The notes under the pieces are model-generated. The model did no database searches and was not told the DNA's origin. It saw only the letters and a list, made by a program, of their open reading frames with translations. A program made the position numbers and the translations under genes. From Candidatus Aminicenantes bacterium (lineage in GTDB: Bacteria; Acidobacteriota; Aminicenantia; UBA2199), in NCBI GenBank assembly GCA_016934745.1, contig JAFGSF010000002.1:15972-79971 (forward strand): DNA of 64,000 nucleotides. The letters run 5' to 3'. This document shows, in pieces, positions 36,068-45,382 of this stretch; the first letter of the stretch is position 1; each line of letters starts with the position of its first letter.

Positions 36068-36292
36068 TTAGAGAAGTTTTCCTTTGGCGACAATGATAGC
36101 CTTGCCGCCGACCGCGATGTCGATGCGCATTTCTGTCCGTTCGGCTTTCAACAGCAGCAGCGAGGGGCGACCGATCTCGAATCCCTGCTCGCTGCGGATG
36201 GCGATGCGCTCCTTGCCGAAATAGCGGTGTTTCACCAGGTAGCCGGCCAGGCAAGCATTGCCGCTACCTGTGGCCGGGTCTTCGGGAATGCA
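36068..36292 (-). pseudogene. 3' remnant of a PhzF-family isomerase
   Basis: Startless frame IPEDPATGSGNACLAGYL...EQGFEIGRPS...VGGKA..VAKG. Confidence 0.85.
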
Positions 36293-36307
36293 GGCGGAAA
36301 CAATTAA

Positions 36308-36586
36308 TTATTTTGCCAGGGAACGAATTCCCAGGGCGGCGAGAGCACAAAAAAGAGCGACATTAATCGGAATGACATACTGGTAATACAAAGGTCCTAT
36401 CTTGCCGTCTTCCTGAATGGAAGTTTTCCTGTAATCTCCCAGATTCCTGAAAATATAGAAACCCCAGAATGGTCCCGGGGTCTTGAGCCCGCGCCGGTCT
36501 AGGAACATGGTGATGCGGATCGCGGTTACAATTGACCAGATCACGCAAGCGATGGCTATAAAACTTAAAAAATTAAAAGCCCCCAT
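36308..36586 (-). CDS. Small hypothetical membrane protein
   Basis: GGGGAG RBS; 2-3 hydrophobic segments. Confidence 0.6.
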   Translation of the reverse strand: MGAFNFLSFIAIACVIWSIVTAIRITMFLDRRGLKTPGPFWGFYIFRNLGDYRKTSIQEDGKIGPLYYQYVIPINVALFCALAALGIRSLAK

Positions 36587-36652
36587 GGTTCATCTCCCCA
36601 GACACCGACATTGATGATGATAAAATATTCTTTATTGTTTGTCAAGCTCGGT

Positions 36653-37309
36653 TCAGGGATTTTTTATATCGAAAACCAGCCACAATTTTCCTTTGGCCAG
36701 GGATCTGTATTTTTTCAGTTTCAGTTCGATCCCTTCCTTGACCTCGTCAAGGAGGGGAAAGCGTTTGGTGCCGACGATGAGTGGATGCACGAGCAGACTG
36801 ATCTCATCTACCAATCCGTGGTTGAGCAGTATGCCGTTCAGGGTTTTTCCACAGTCGCTCAGGACGATTTTCGCCTTGTACTCTTTCGCCAAAAGCGCGA
36901 GGGCCTGGGAATAGTCGAGCGGCCGGTTGCCCATGTAGTGCCAATCGTAGTTTCTCTCGGTCAGGTAGCGCAGATAGCCCTTCGGGGTGGAGTTGGTCGT
37001 CAGAATAACGATGTCACGGCAACGACCTGATTGGCGCAACACGTGAAGTTTGCCTTTCAGTTTGCCGCCCGAATCGGGAATGACCCACAACGGGAGTTTC
37101 ATGTTTGTCTTGGGCTTGACCAGGTCTTTTTCCGTTTCCCGCGGCAGCTTCTTGTAGAACATCTTCAGCCCTTCGGCCGCCGTGTCCGAACCGACCAGGT
37201 GAATGTCGGCCCTGTAGCTTCCGGCGATGCGGTAATGAGCGCCCATGTCAACCTCGAATCCAAGCAGCGAGCCGTCCAGGCTGATGGAACTGTGCATGAT
37301 GACTTTCAT
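36653..37309 (-). CDS. RibD C-terminal reductase/DHFR-fold protein
   Basis: SLDG, V.PDS.G, GLVDEISLLVHP..VG. Confidence 0.85.
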   Translation of the reverse strand: MKVIMHSSISLDGSLLGFEVDMGAHYRIAGSYRADIHLVGSDTAAEGLKMFYKKLPRETEKDLVKPKTNMKLPLWVIPDSGGKLKGKLHVLRQSGRCRDIVILTTNSTPKGYLRYLTERNYDWHYMGNRPLDYSQALALLAKEYKAKIVLSDCGKTLNGILLNHGLVDEISLLVHPLIVGTKRFPLLDEVKEGIELKLKKYRSLAKGKLWLVFDIKNP

Positions 37310-37319
37310 CCGCACCCCC

Positions 37320-37559
37320 TTATTCGTAGGCTTGGCTAATACGCCGCTTTATGATAATGAAGCGAACATTACCGAAAACAAGAATAGTGATTCCGGCGCC
37401 AAAAAGAAACCAGCCAGCAGAATGAATAATGGGAGATTGAAAGAAATGGATCATCCCGGCCCCGGCGGCCAGAAAAGCGAGAGCGGTGCGCATGTAGGCC
37501 AGAAAGGTTCGTTCGTTGGCCAGGTTGGTGCGGATGATCGCCAATTCGTCCATGTTCAT
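37320..37559 (-). CDS. DUF202 (YidH-like) membrane protein
   Basis: RT.LANERTFLAYMRT. Confidence 0.9.
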   Translation of the reverse strand: MNMDELAIIRTNLANERTFLAYMRTALAFLAAGAGMIHFFQSPIIHSAGWFLFGAGITILVFGNVRFIIIKRRISQAYE

Positions 37560-37667
37560 TCAGCTCTCCAGCAATACTTTTATCAGAATTATTGCGCCTT
37601 TTCAAGTTGCTGTGAGCGATTTCCATTATGCAGCGGATATGGAAGTGATTTTATTAAACTCCAATCC

Positions 37668-39047
37668 TTATGCCGGGTGACGCTTCAGCCAGGCATTGTA
37701 GGCGAACATTGAAGCCGCGGACAGCAGGCCGAAGGCGGTCAGGATGACCCACCCGGTCGCCGCCGCCTTGGGGTCAAGCTTCAGTAGCCATTTCCCTTCC
37801 GGCAGCATGACCTTCACGGCGCCGCGGCACATGATTTCGTTGAACAGCCAGGCTCCGACCGGGCCGCCGACCAGCGAGCCGATGGCCATCGGCAGGTTGG
37901 CGTAGCCGAGGAATAACCCCTCCTGTCCCTTTGGAGCCAGCGAGCCGATGTACTCGTACAGGCGGCTGGATGCGAAAAGTTCGCCGAAGGCGATCATGGC
38001 TACGGTCAGCACGATGAACATGCTGCCCAGGGGAAGGAGGTCAAATACTTTCACCGTCACACCGCCATCGGCAAGGAGTGGATAAATATTGATAACCATC
38101 GACAGGCCGATGATCACGGTGCCGATGACGATCGACTTGATCGGCGGCAGCTTGCCGAACAGGCGGGTGATAAGCAACTGGCAACAGACGATGACGATGG
38201 GGTTGGCCATGGTGTAGATGTCCATGGCCGGAGTGAGCTCGACCGTCTTCTTTACATACAGAGGCAGGACGTTGTAGACCTGGTTGTAGATGAAAAAGAA
38301 ACCGCTGGAAACCAGTAGGAAGATGACGAAGCGACCCGAGCGCAACACGCGCACCATGCCCAGCAGGATGTCGGAGATGGTGCGCTTGGGCTTGGCCGTT
38401 TCGACCGACTGTTTGGGATTGCGGTAAAAAAAGAAAACCACCAGGAAGGCCATGATTGACGCTCCCATGGCCACGGCGAAGATCGCTTGCAGTTTCTTCA
38501 GCTCGGTGCGAACAAAGAAGGCGGTTAGACGGCCCAGGATGCTGCCGATGTTGATTACCATATAAAAAATGGCGAAAGCCAGCGTGGCGCGCCCCATGTG
38601 GAAGCGTTGGACCGATCCGGCGATGCATGGCTTGACAAATGAGCCGCCGATGCCGATCAGCACGATAGCCAGCATGATCGGCAACAGGACCCCGGCGCCG
38701 GCGGTGACTTTGGAACTCACCTCGGGGGCCAAGGTCTGGCTGCCGAACCAGACGGGGAAACCCATCAGGAAATAGCCGCTGACCAGGAACGTGGTGGCCA
38801 GCAGTAAACCCTTGCGGAAACCGATCTGGTCAGCCACGGTGCCGGACAGGACCGGCAGGAAGTAGACCAGAAACCAGAGAACACTGTTGAGTGTACTGGG
38901 CCAATAGTCGCCGAGGCCGAGCTGGCCGAGGTAGATGACCACAAAGCTGGCCATCGAGTAGTATGCCGCCCTTTCAAACAATTCGATGACATTGGCCGTC
39001 CAAAAAGTAGGGGGAAAGGGCGTGGGTTTGCTTGTAGGCGAATTCAT
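37668..39047 (-). CDS. MFS transporter, POT/PTR-like peptide transporter
   Basis: ELFERAAYY (ExxER), KP, FYM.IN.G, APKG.EG.F.G. Confidence 0.88.
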   Translation of the reverse strand: MNSPTSKPTPFPPTFWTANVIELFERAAYYSMASFVVIYLGQLGLGDYWPSTLNSVLWFLVYFLPVLSGTVADQIGFRKGLLLATTFLVSGYFLMGFPVWFGSQTLAPEVSSKVTAGAGVLLPIMLAIVLIGIGGSFVKPCIAGSVQRFHMGRATLAFAIFYMVINIGSILGRLTAFFVRTELKKLQAIFAVAMGASIMAFLVVFFFYRNPKQSVETAKPKRTISDILLGMVRVLRSGRFVIFLLVSSGFFFIYNQVYNVLPLYVKKTVELTPAMDIYTMANPIVIVCCQLLITRLFGKLPPIKSIVIGTVIIGLSMVINIYPLLADGGVTVKVFDLLPLGSMFIVLTVAMIAFGELFASSRLYEYIGSLAPKGQEGLFLGYANLPMAIGSLVGGPVGAWLFNEIMCRGAVKVMLPEGKWLLKLDPKAAATGWVILTAFGLLSAASMFAYNAWLKRHPA

Positions 39048-39060
39048 GAGGACCTCCGGA

Positions 39061-40809
39061 TTAATTTTTTATGGCGATGCCCAGCTCGTCCAGCTGGTGC
39101 TGGGAAACGGCTGAAGGGGAGCCGGTCAGCAAGCAGAGGGATGATGTGGTTTTGGGAAAAGCGATGATCTCGCGGATGGAGTCTTCGCCGCTGAGGAGCA
39201 TTAACAGGCGGTCGAAACCCAGTGCGATGCCCAGGTGCGGCGGCGCCCCGAATTTAAGGGCGTTGAGAAAGAAACCGAACTTTTCGTCAATCTCTTTTTC
39301 TTCGAGGTTGAGCATGTGGAATATCTTGTGCTGCAGGGTGATGTCGTGGATCCTTTGGCTGCCGCCACCAATTTCCACGCCGTTTAGCACTAGGTCGTAG
39401 GCGATGGCTTGAACTGCCAGCGGCTGGCTGTCGAGTAAGGGGATGTCTTCTGGACGTGGCATGGTGAACGGGTGGTGATTGGAATCAAAGCGCTTCTCCT
39501 CCTCGTTGTAAAAAAAGAGCGGGAAATCGGTTACCCATAGAAATTCCAGCCTGTCCTTGTCCTGGAAATTTTTTCCCAGGTGTTCACGCAGTTTTCCGGC
39601 CACGGACAGGGCTTGGGACTCCGCATCGGCAACCAGCAGGACCAAGGCCCGGTCGTCGATTTTTTGCTGCCGAAAAAAGGCAGCCATATGTTCTGGGCCA
39701 ATCTTCAGGGAGGCCTTGAAGCCGTCATCCCCCTTTTTCATCCAGATGACACCTTTGCCGCCCAGTTTTTTCCCAGTTTCGTTGATTTCATCAAGTTGCT
39801 TGCGGGAAAAGGCCCCGGCTTCGGGTATGACCAGGCCTTTGACCTTGGCACCCTGGGCCAAGGTGGCCGCGAGCAGGTCGCTATTCCAGGTGCTCGCCGG
39901 ATCGGTAAAATCCTGGATGGTATAGGGAATGCGCAAGTCGGGTTTGTCCGAGCCGTAGGCGGCCATGGCTTCCTGGTAGGACAAACGCCGGAAAGGCAAG
40001 GCAACGTCGTGGCCACGCAGCGCGAAGATTTCGCGCATCAGGCGTTCAATAATGGAGAACAATTCACCCTGTTCGCTGAAACTCATTTCGATATCGATCT
40101 GCGTGAATTCCGGCTGACGGTCGGCGCGCAGGTCTTCATCACGGAAACAACGCGTGATCTGAAAATAGCGTTCAAAGCCGGCCACCATCAGCAATTGTTT
40201 GAACTGCTGGGGCGACTGCGGCAGGGCGAACATCTTGCCCTTGTATATCCGTGAAGGAACCAGGTAATCCCGGGCTCCTTCGGGAGTGGCGTTGGTCAGC
40301 ATGGGAGTTTCGATATCCAGGAAACCTTCCTTATCCAGGAAATTGCGGGTCAGCAGGTTGGCCTTGGCACGCAGCTTGAAATTTTGTTGCATGGCTTGGC
40401 TGCGCAGATCGATGTAGCGGTATTTGAAGCGCAATTCTTCCGTAACGCTGGAGCGGTTTTCGGGGATAAAAGGCGGAACTTCCGATGCGGCCAGTATGGT
40501 GATACGGGAGGCAATGACTTCGAACTTGCCGCTGGGCAGGTCGGGATTAGGTTTGCTGCGCTTCACCACCATTCCGCTGATTGCCAGGACCGTCTCCTTG
40601 CCGATGTCCTTGAGGATGTCCGGCGTAGGGAATGTCTCGTTGACCACGATCTGCAACAGTCCCTCGCGGTCGCGCAGGTCGATGAAGCTCAGTCCGCCCA
40701 ACTCGCGCATGTTGTTCACCCAACCGTAAACGGTAATGGTTCGACCGCTGTGTGCCTCTCCGACCAAGCCGCAGTAGACGGTGCGTTTCAATAGTTCTTT
40801 TTCAGCCAT
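39061..40809 (-). CDS. aspS: Aspartate-tRNA ligase
   Basis: FIDLRD, LPQSPQ.FKQ, FRDEDLRADRQPEFTQ, GAPPH.G.A.G.DR. Confidence 0.97.
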   Translation of the reverse strand: MAEKELLKRTVYCGLVGEAHSGRTITVYGWVNNMRELGGLSFIDLRDREGLLQIVVNETFPTPDILKDIGKETVLAISGMVVKRSKPNPDLPSGKFEVIASRITILAASEVPPFIPENRSSVTEELRFKYRYIDLRSQAMQQNFKLRAKANLLTRNFLDKEGFLDIETPMLTNATPEGARDYLVPSRIYKGKMFALPQSPQQFKQLLMVAGFERYFQITRCFRDEDLRADRQPEFTQIDIEMSFSEQGELFSIIERLMREIFALRGHDVALPFRRLSYQEAMAAYGSDKPDLRIPYTIQDFTDPASTWNSDLLAATLAQGAKVKGLVIPEAGAFSRKQLDEINETGKKLGGKGVIWMKKGDDGFKASLKIGPEHMAAFFRQQKIDDRALVLLVADAESQALSVAGKLREHLGKNFQDKDRLEFLWVTDFPLFFYNEEEKRFDSNHHPFTMPRPEDIPLLDSQPLAVQAIAYDLVLNGVEIGGGSQRIHDITLQHKIFHMLNLEEKEIDEKFGFFLNALKFGAPPHLGIALGFDRLLMLLSGEDSIREIIAFPKTTSSLCLLTGSPSAVSQHQLDELGIAIKN

Positions 40810-42038
40810 GAGTTCAGGTCCTTGAGCGAAATTTTAATTTGATCCTGGCTGGCCATGTCCTTGATGGAGACCGCTTCGCTTTTAATCTCGTCTTCTGCCA
40901 GAACCATGGTGAAGGCAGCAGCAACCTTGTCGGCTTTTTTAAACTGTTTTTTCAGGTTCTTGCCCTGATAATCAAGGTAGACCGGGCAGCCATGCGCACG
41001 AAGCACTTGAGCGAGTTGGATGGCGTTGGGCAGCCATTTCGGGTCCTGGTAAGCCACGAACATGATTTTGGGCCGGGGAAGGGTCAGGTGTCGCAGGTGC
41101 AGGATGATGCGCTCCATGCCGGCGGCAAAACCGATAGCAGCCATGTCGGGTCCGCCCAGTTCCTTGATCAGGTTGTTGTAGCGGCCTCCGCCCAGCAGTG
41201 CGTTCTGGGCGCCGAGCTGTCCCGATGTCACTTCGAAAGCGGTCTTTGTATAGTAGTCCAGTCCACGCACCAGGCGCGGATTAAGCAGAAAAGGGACATT
41301 CATCCAGCTCAGGGCTTCGCGCACGATCTTGAAATGATCCCGACACTCCGAACACAAATGGTTGCCGAGCAAGGGGAAACGCTTGGCCGTTTCAGCACAT
41401 TCGGGCAGCTTGCAGTCGAAGATGCGCAACGGGTTGGCGCTAATTTTGCGCTGGCAGTCGGCGCAAAGGCCGCTTTGCTCTGCCCTGGCAGCCTTTCGCA
41501 ATATTTCCAGGTATCCGGGACGGCATTGCGGGCAGCCCACGGAATTGATTTCCAGCTTGATATCGGCGATCTTTAGATTTTTCAGGAAATCCACGGCAGA
41601 AAAAATGACCTCGGCGTCCACCTGGGGCGATTCGTCGGCAAAAACTTCGATACCGAACTGTTGAAATTGACGGTAGCGGCCTTTCTGTGGTTTGTCATAG
41701 CGGAACATGGGTCCCAGATAATAAAAACGCAGCGGAGTCACTGATTCAAAAAGATTGTTTTCAATAACCGCCCGCACAACGGATGCCGTGTTCTCCGGAC
41801 GCAAGGTTAGGCTGCGGCCGGCCTTGTCGCTGAAGGTGTACATTTCCTTTTGCACGACATCGGTCTCACTGCCGATACCGCGGCTGAACAATTCGCTATG
41901 TTCGAAAATCGGGGTGCGGATTTCCCGGTACAGGAATTTCTGGTAATAGGCATGGATGGAATTTTCAAGAAACTGCCATTTTTGGATTTCTGGGGAAAAA
42001 ATGTCCCGGGTGCCTTTCGGCGCTTTGATTTCGTTCAT
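40788..42038 (-). CDS. hisS: Histidine-tRNA ligase
   Basis: KGTRD, LRPE.TA, GRYRQF, RGLDYY, GGGRY. Confidence 0.97.
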   Translation of the reverse strand: MNEIKAPKGTRDIFSPEIQKWQFLENSIHAYYQKFLYREIRTPIFEHSELFSRGIGSETDVVQKEMYTFSDKAGRSLTLRPENTASVVRAVIENNLFESVTPLRFYYLGPMFRYDKPQKGRYRQFQQFGIEVFADESPQVDAEVIFSAVDFLKNLKIADIKLEINSVGCPQCRPGYLEILRKAARAEQSGLCADCQRKISANPLRIFDCKLPECAETAKRFPLLGNHLCSECRDHFKIVREALSWMNVPFLLNPRLVRGLDYYTKTAFEVTSGQLGAQNALLGGGRYNNLIKELGGPDMAAIGFAAGMERIILHLRHLTLPRPKIMFVAYQDPKWLPNAIQLAQVLRAHGCPVYLDYQGKNLKKQFKKADKVAAAFTMVLAEDEIKSEAVSIKDMASQDQIKISLKDLNSWLKKNY

Positions 42039-42181
42039 AAGTACTCCGTTGATTTTAAAGCCCCATGGCAAGTTCGAAAAATTCTTGGCTTTTTAGAATA
42101 AATTTTAAATTTGCCGGCCATAGCTCGTATCCGCTTTTGATGGGTTGAAGTTTTCATGATTTTTTTTGTTGCCTTGATATC

Positions 42182-42661
42182 TCACTTTTTAAAAGCGTTA
42201 TAGATGACCTGGAAAATTTTATCGAGGTCAAAAGAAAGGACCCGAGTTTGGCCGGTTGTGGCCATGAAATTGGCATCTCCCTGCCAGCGGGGAACGATGT
42301 GCTGATGAAAGTGATCCGTGATCCCGGCTCCGGCTGCCTGGCCGATGTTCATGCCGATATTGAAACCTTCGGGGTGGAAGTTTGTTTTCAGGATGGAGAG
42401 GCTGCGGTTGGTTAATTCCCACATTTCCTTCAAGTCGTTGGCTGCCAAGTGTTCCGGCGACGACAGGTGAGCGTACGGGGCAATCAGCAAGTGGCCGCTG
42501 CTATAGGGATATTTGTTCATGATGACGAAGAATTTTTCACCGCGGCGGCAGATCAGTGCTTGCTCATCTGTTTGTCGCTGCGCCCGGCAAAAAATGCAGC
42601 CATCTTCTTTTTTGGATCCGCTTATAAAATCCCAGCGCCAGGGAGCAAAAATGAATTTCAT
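42182..42661 (-). CDS. HIT family nucleotide hydrolase/phosphorylase
   Basis: APWR, C.FC, N.YPY..GH, HFHQHIVPRW. Confidence 0.9.
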   Translation of the reverse strand: MKFIFAPWRWDFISGSKKEDGCIFCRAQRQTDEQALICRRGEKFFVIMNKYPYSSGHLLIAPYAHLSSPEHLAANDLKEMWELTNRSLSILKTNFHPEGFNIGMNIGQAAGAGITDHFHQHIVPRWQGDANFMATTGQTRVLSFDLDKIFQVIYNAFKK

Positions 42662-42689
42662 TTTTCAGGCTCCCTTGGCTGGCAGGCGG

Positions 42690-44399
42690 TCATTTTTTTT
42701 TATCGAGCTCGTTTTGCAGCAAGTCGCCGATGGTTGTGACCGTGTCGTCTTCCGCTTTCATGAATTTCTTGATTTCTTCCCTTTCACGTACCTTGTTCAA
42801 GGCGCGCAGGCTGAGATAAACTTTTTTTCGTTCCGCCTCGATGCGGGCGATCATGGCTTGGATCCGGTCACCCGGCTTGAACCTCTGCTCGAGGTCGGCC
42901 ATGGGGACCTGTTCCTCATCGATGTCGCCGCTGCGGATGAAACCTTCAATATTCTTGCTGATTTCAACAATGATGCCGCCCTCGATGATTTTCTTGACGC
43001 CGACCTCGATGACATTACCGGGTTTATTCTTCGCGAAAAACGTTCTCCATTCATTTTCCGATAAATGTTTGATTCCCAGCTGAACTTTCGAATTCCGGTC
43101 CAGTTCGTTGCTGATGATCATGGCATCGATTTCTTCGCCTTCGGTTAAAAATTCATCCGGAGATTCGATGTGATGGAAGCTGATATCGGATATCTTGATT
43201 ACCCCTTCCACTCCGGCTTCCAAACCCAGAAAAACCCGTGACTTGAGGATTTTCTTGACTTTGGCCCTGACGATTTCGCCGCGGGCGTGCTTCTCCAGGT
43301 ATTTTTCTTCGGGGCGTATTTCCAATTGCTTCAGACCCAGCTTGATTTTACGTTCTTCCTTGTTGACCTCGATGACCTGTACCCACAGTTTATCGCCCAC
43401 GGCGACATACTCCTCAACGGTGGTCGGCCGCCCTTCCCAGGTCAGATCGGAAATGTGCAGCAGCCCCTCGACGCCCTCTTCCAATTCGATGAAGGCTCCA
43501 AAACTGACAATCTTAACCACCTTGGCAATCAATCTTTTGCCAATGGGATATTTCGTTTCCATGTCGGTCCAGGGATCGGTAAATTTTTGTTTGATGCCCA
43601 AGGAAATTTTTCCTTTTTCCCGGTCTATTTCCAGAACCTTCACTTCGATTTCGTCACCCTTGCGCAGTTTTTCCCTGGGGTGGTTGACGCGGCCGTAAGA
43701 AATATTGTCTTTATGAACCAGGCCCTCCAGGCCACCCAGGTCAACGAAAGCACCGTAATCCATGATCGAGGTCACCACGCCCTTGACGATCTGGCCGACT
43801 TCCAGCGATCCCAGCAGGTGCTTCAGTTTTTCCTGCTTTTCCTCTTCCAGAATAATGCGCCGGGAAACGGTGCCGTTCTTGTCTTTTTTGTTCAGCTTGA
43901 CAACCTTGAACATGAATTCCTTGCCCAGCACTTTTTTCGGGGACTTGACTTTCTGGATATCCACCTGGCTCATGGGCAGGAACATCTCTACGCCCATGTC
44001 GACCATAAAGCCTTTTTCATCGGGAGTCATTTTGGTGATGGTTCCCGCCAGTGCCGTATTGGTTTTGTAGGCGTAAAACACCTTTTCCCAGCCCTGTTGC
44101 TCATCCAGTTGCTTTTTGGAAACCGTGATGTAACCTTCCTTGAAGTTGACATTTTTGGGAAGCACAGAAATTGGATCGCCGATTTTATATTTCATGTTGC
44201 CGTTCCAATCCAATAGTTCCTGGCGATCTAAAATTCCTTCGGTTTTTTGTCCGATATCGATAACGACACGGTTTTCGATGATATCCACGATGCGACCTTC
44301 GATCGGGGCATTGGAAGCGAGATTTTTCAGGTCATATTCCTTGACCAGTTCGGAAAAATCGTCCTGGTTGTTGGCGCTGGCATCTTTTGTGTCTGACAT
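42690..44399 (-). CDS. rpsA: 30S ribosomal protein S1
   Basis: Six S1 repeats (YGAFVDLGG..GL.H; FGAFIE...GVEGLLH); downstream of ispH. Confidence 0.93.
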   Translation of the reverse strand: MSDTKDASANNQDDFSELVKEYDLKNLASNAPIEGRIVDIIENRVVIDIGQKTEGILDRQELLDWNGNMKYKIGDPISVLPKNVNFKEGYITVSKKQLDEQQGWEKVFYAYKTNTALAGTITKMTPDEKGFMVDMGVEMFLPMSQVDIQKVKSPKKVLGKEFMFKVVKLNKKDKNGTVSRRIILEEEKQEKLKHLLGSLEVGQIVKGVVTSIMDYGAFVDLGGLEGLVHKDNISYGRVNHPREKLRKGDEIEVKVLEIDREKGKISLGIKQKFTDPWTDMETKYPIGKRLIAKVVKIVSFGAFIELEEGVEGLLHISDLTWEGRPTTVEEYVAVGDKLWVQVIEVNKEERKIKLGLKQLEIRPEEKYLEKHARGEIVRAKVKKILKSRVFLGLEAGVEGVIKISDISFHHIESPDEFLTEGEEIDAMIISNELDRNSKVQLGIKHLSENEWRTFFAKNKPGNVIEVGVKKIIEGGIIVEISKNIEGFIRSGDIDEEQVPMADLEQRFKPGDRIQAMIARIEAERKKVYLSLRALNKVREREEIKKFMKAEDDTVTTIGDLLQNELDKKK

Positions 44400-44417
44400 G
44401 TCATGTCTCCTTAACGT

Positions 44418-45260
44418 TTATAGATTCTGCAAGAAATTTTTTACGCGTTCTAGTTCTTCCGGGGCCGTCGATGCTCCGGCGGTGACGCCGATGGAGGAAT
44501 ATTTTGCAATTTTGGCCATTATCGCCGGTTTTTGCAAATCGGCGCAGGTTTCAATGTGCAGCGAATTCTTGTTTTTTTCCTTGGCGATATGAAAAAGCTT
44601 TTTGGTGTTGGAAGATATTTTGCTGCCGATGACAATGATGGCATCGACTTGCGGGGCCAGTTTTTTAACGGCTTGCTGGCGGTCCTGGGTCGCCTGACAG
44701 ATGGTGTTGAAAATTTCGATCTTTTCCGCTTTGTCCAGCAGGATGGCGACCACCTGCTTGAAAAATTCGCTGTTCAGGGTGGTTTGGGCCACGACGCTCA
44801 TCTGCGCGCAGGCCGGCAGGGCCTCGGCCTCGGCCAAGGAATTGACGATCGTCACCTTTCTGGCGTAGCTGCGGGCGGCGATGATCTCCGGGTGGTCCTT
44901 GTCGCCGACGATCACGATCCGGCCCTTGTTTTTATCGAGTTTTTCGATAATTTTTTGCTCTTTCTTCACCAGCGGGCAAGTGGCGTCCAGGGTGGAGATG
45001 CCTTTTTTTTGAATGTATTTTTCAACGTGGCGTGGAATGCCGTGGGTCCTGATGCAGAGCGTCTTGTTTTTTTTGATATTCCTGACCGAATCGACCGAAT
45101 GGACACCCTGGGCGGCCAAATTATTCAAAACCGGGATATTGTGGATCAGCGGGCCGAAAGTTTGAATTGTATTTCCGTTTTTGAGATACTCATTGATCAA
45201 TTTCAAGGCTCTTTTTACTCCAAAACAAAATCCCGCCTCTTCGGCGACTAATATTTTCAT
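44418..45260 (-). CDS. ispH: 4-hydroxy-3-methylbut-2-enyl diphosphate reductase
   Basis: GFCFGVKRA, DATCP.V, TIC.AT..RQ, SSNT, TAGASTA. Confidence 0.96.
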   Translation of the reverse strand: MKILVAEEAGFCFGVKRALKLINEYLKNGNTIQTFGPLIHNIPVLNNLAAQGVHSVDSVRNIKKNKTLCIRTHGIPRHVEKYIQKKGISTLDATCPLVKKEQKIIEKLDKNKGRIVIVGDKDHPEIIAARSYARKVTIVNSLAEAEALPACAQMSVVAQTTLNSEFFKQVVAILLDKAEKIEIFNTICQATQDRQQAVKKLAPQVDAIIVIGSKISSNTKKLFHIAKEKNKNSLHIETCADLQKPAIMAKIAKYSSIGVTAGASTAPEELERVKNFLQNL

Positions 45261-45272
45261 AAATAAGTACTG

Positions 45273-45362
45273 ATAATATATTATTAAGGCCTGTTTGTCA
45301 AGAAACAATCGCAATATCTGTTGTGTCTCATATTTGACATAAATGCACTGATGGCTTATATT
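45273..45362. promoter_or_regulatory. Divergent sigma70-type promoters for ispH-rpsA and hutU
   Basis: Minus strand TTGACA(45296-45301)-17-TATTAT; plus strand TTGACA(45334-45339)-17-TATATT. Confidence 0.6.
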
Positions 45363-45382
45363 TCCGCGGGAGGAAATCGTCC

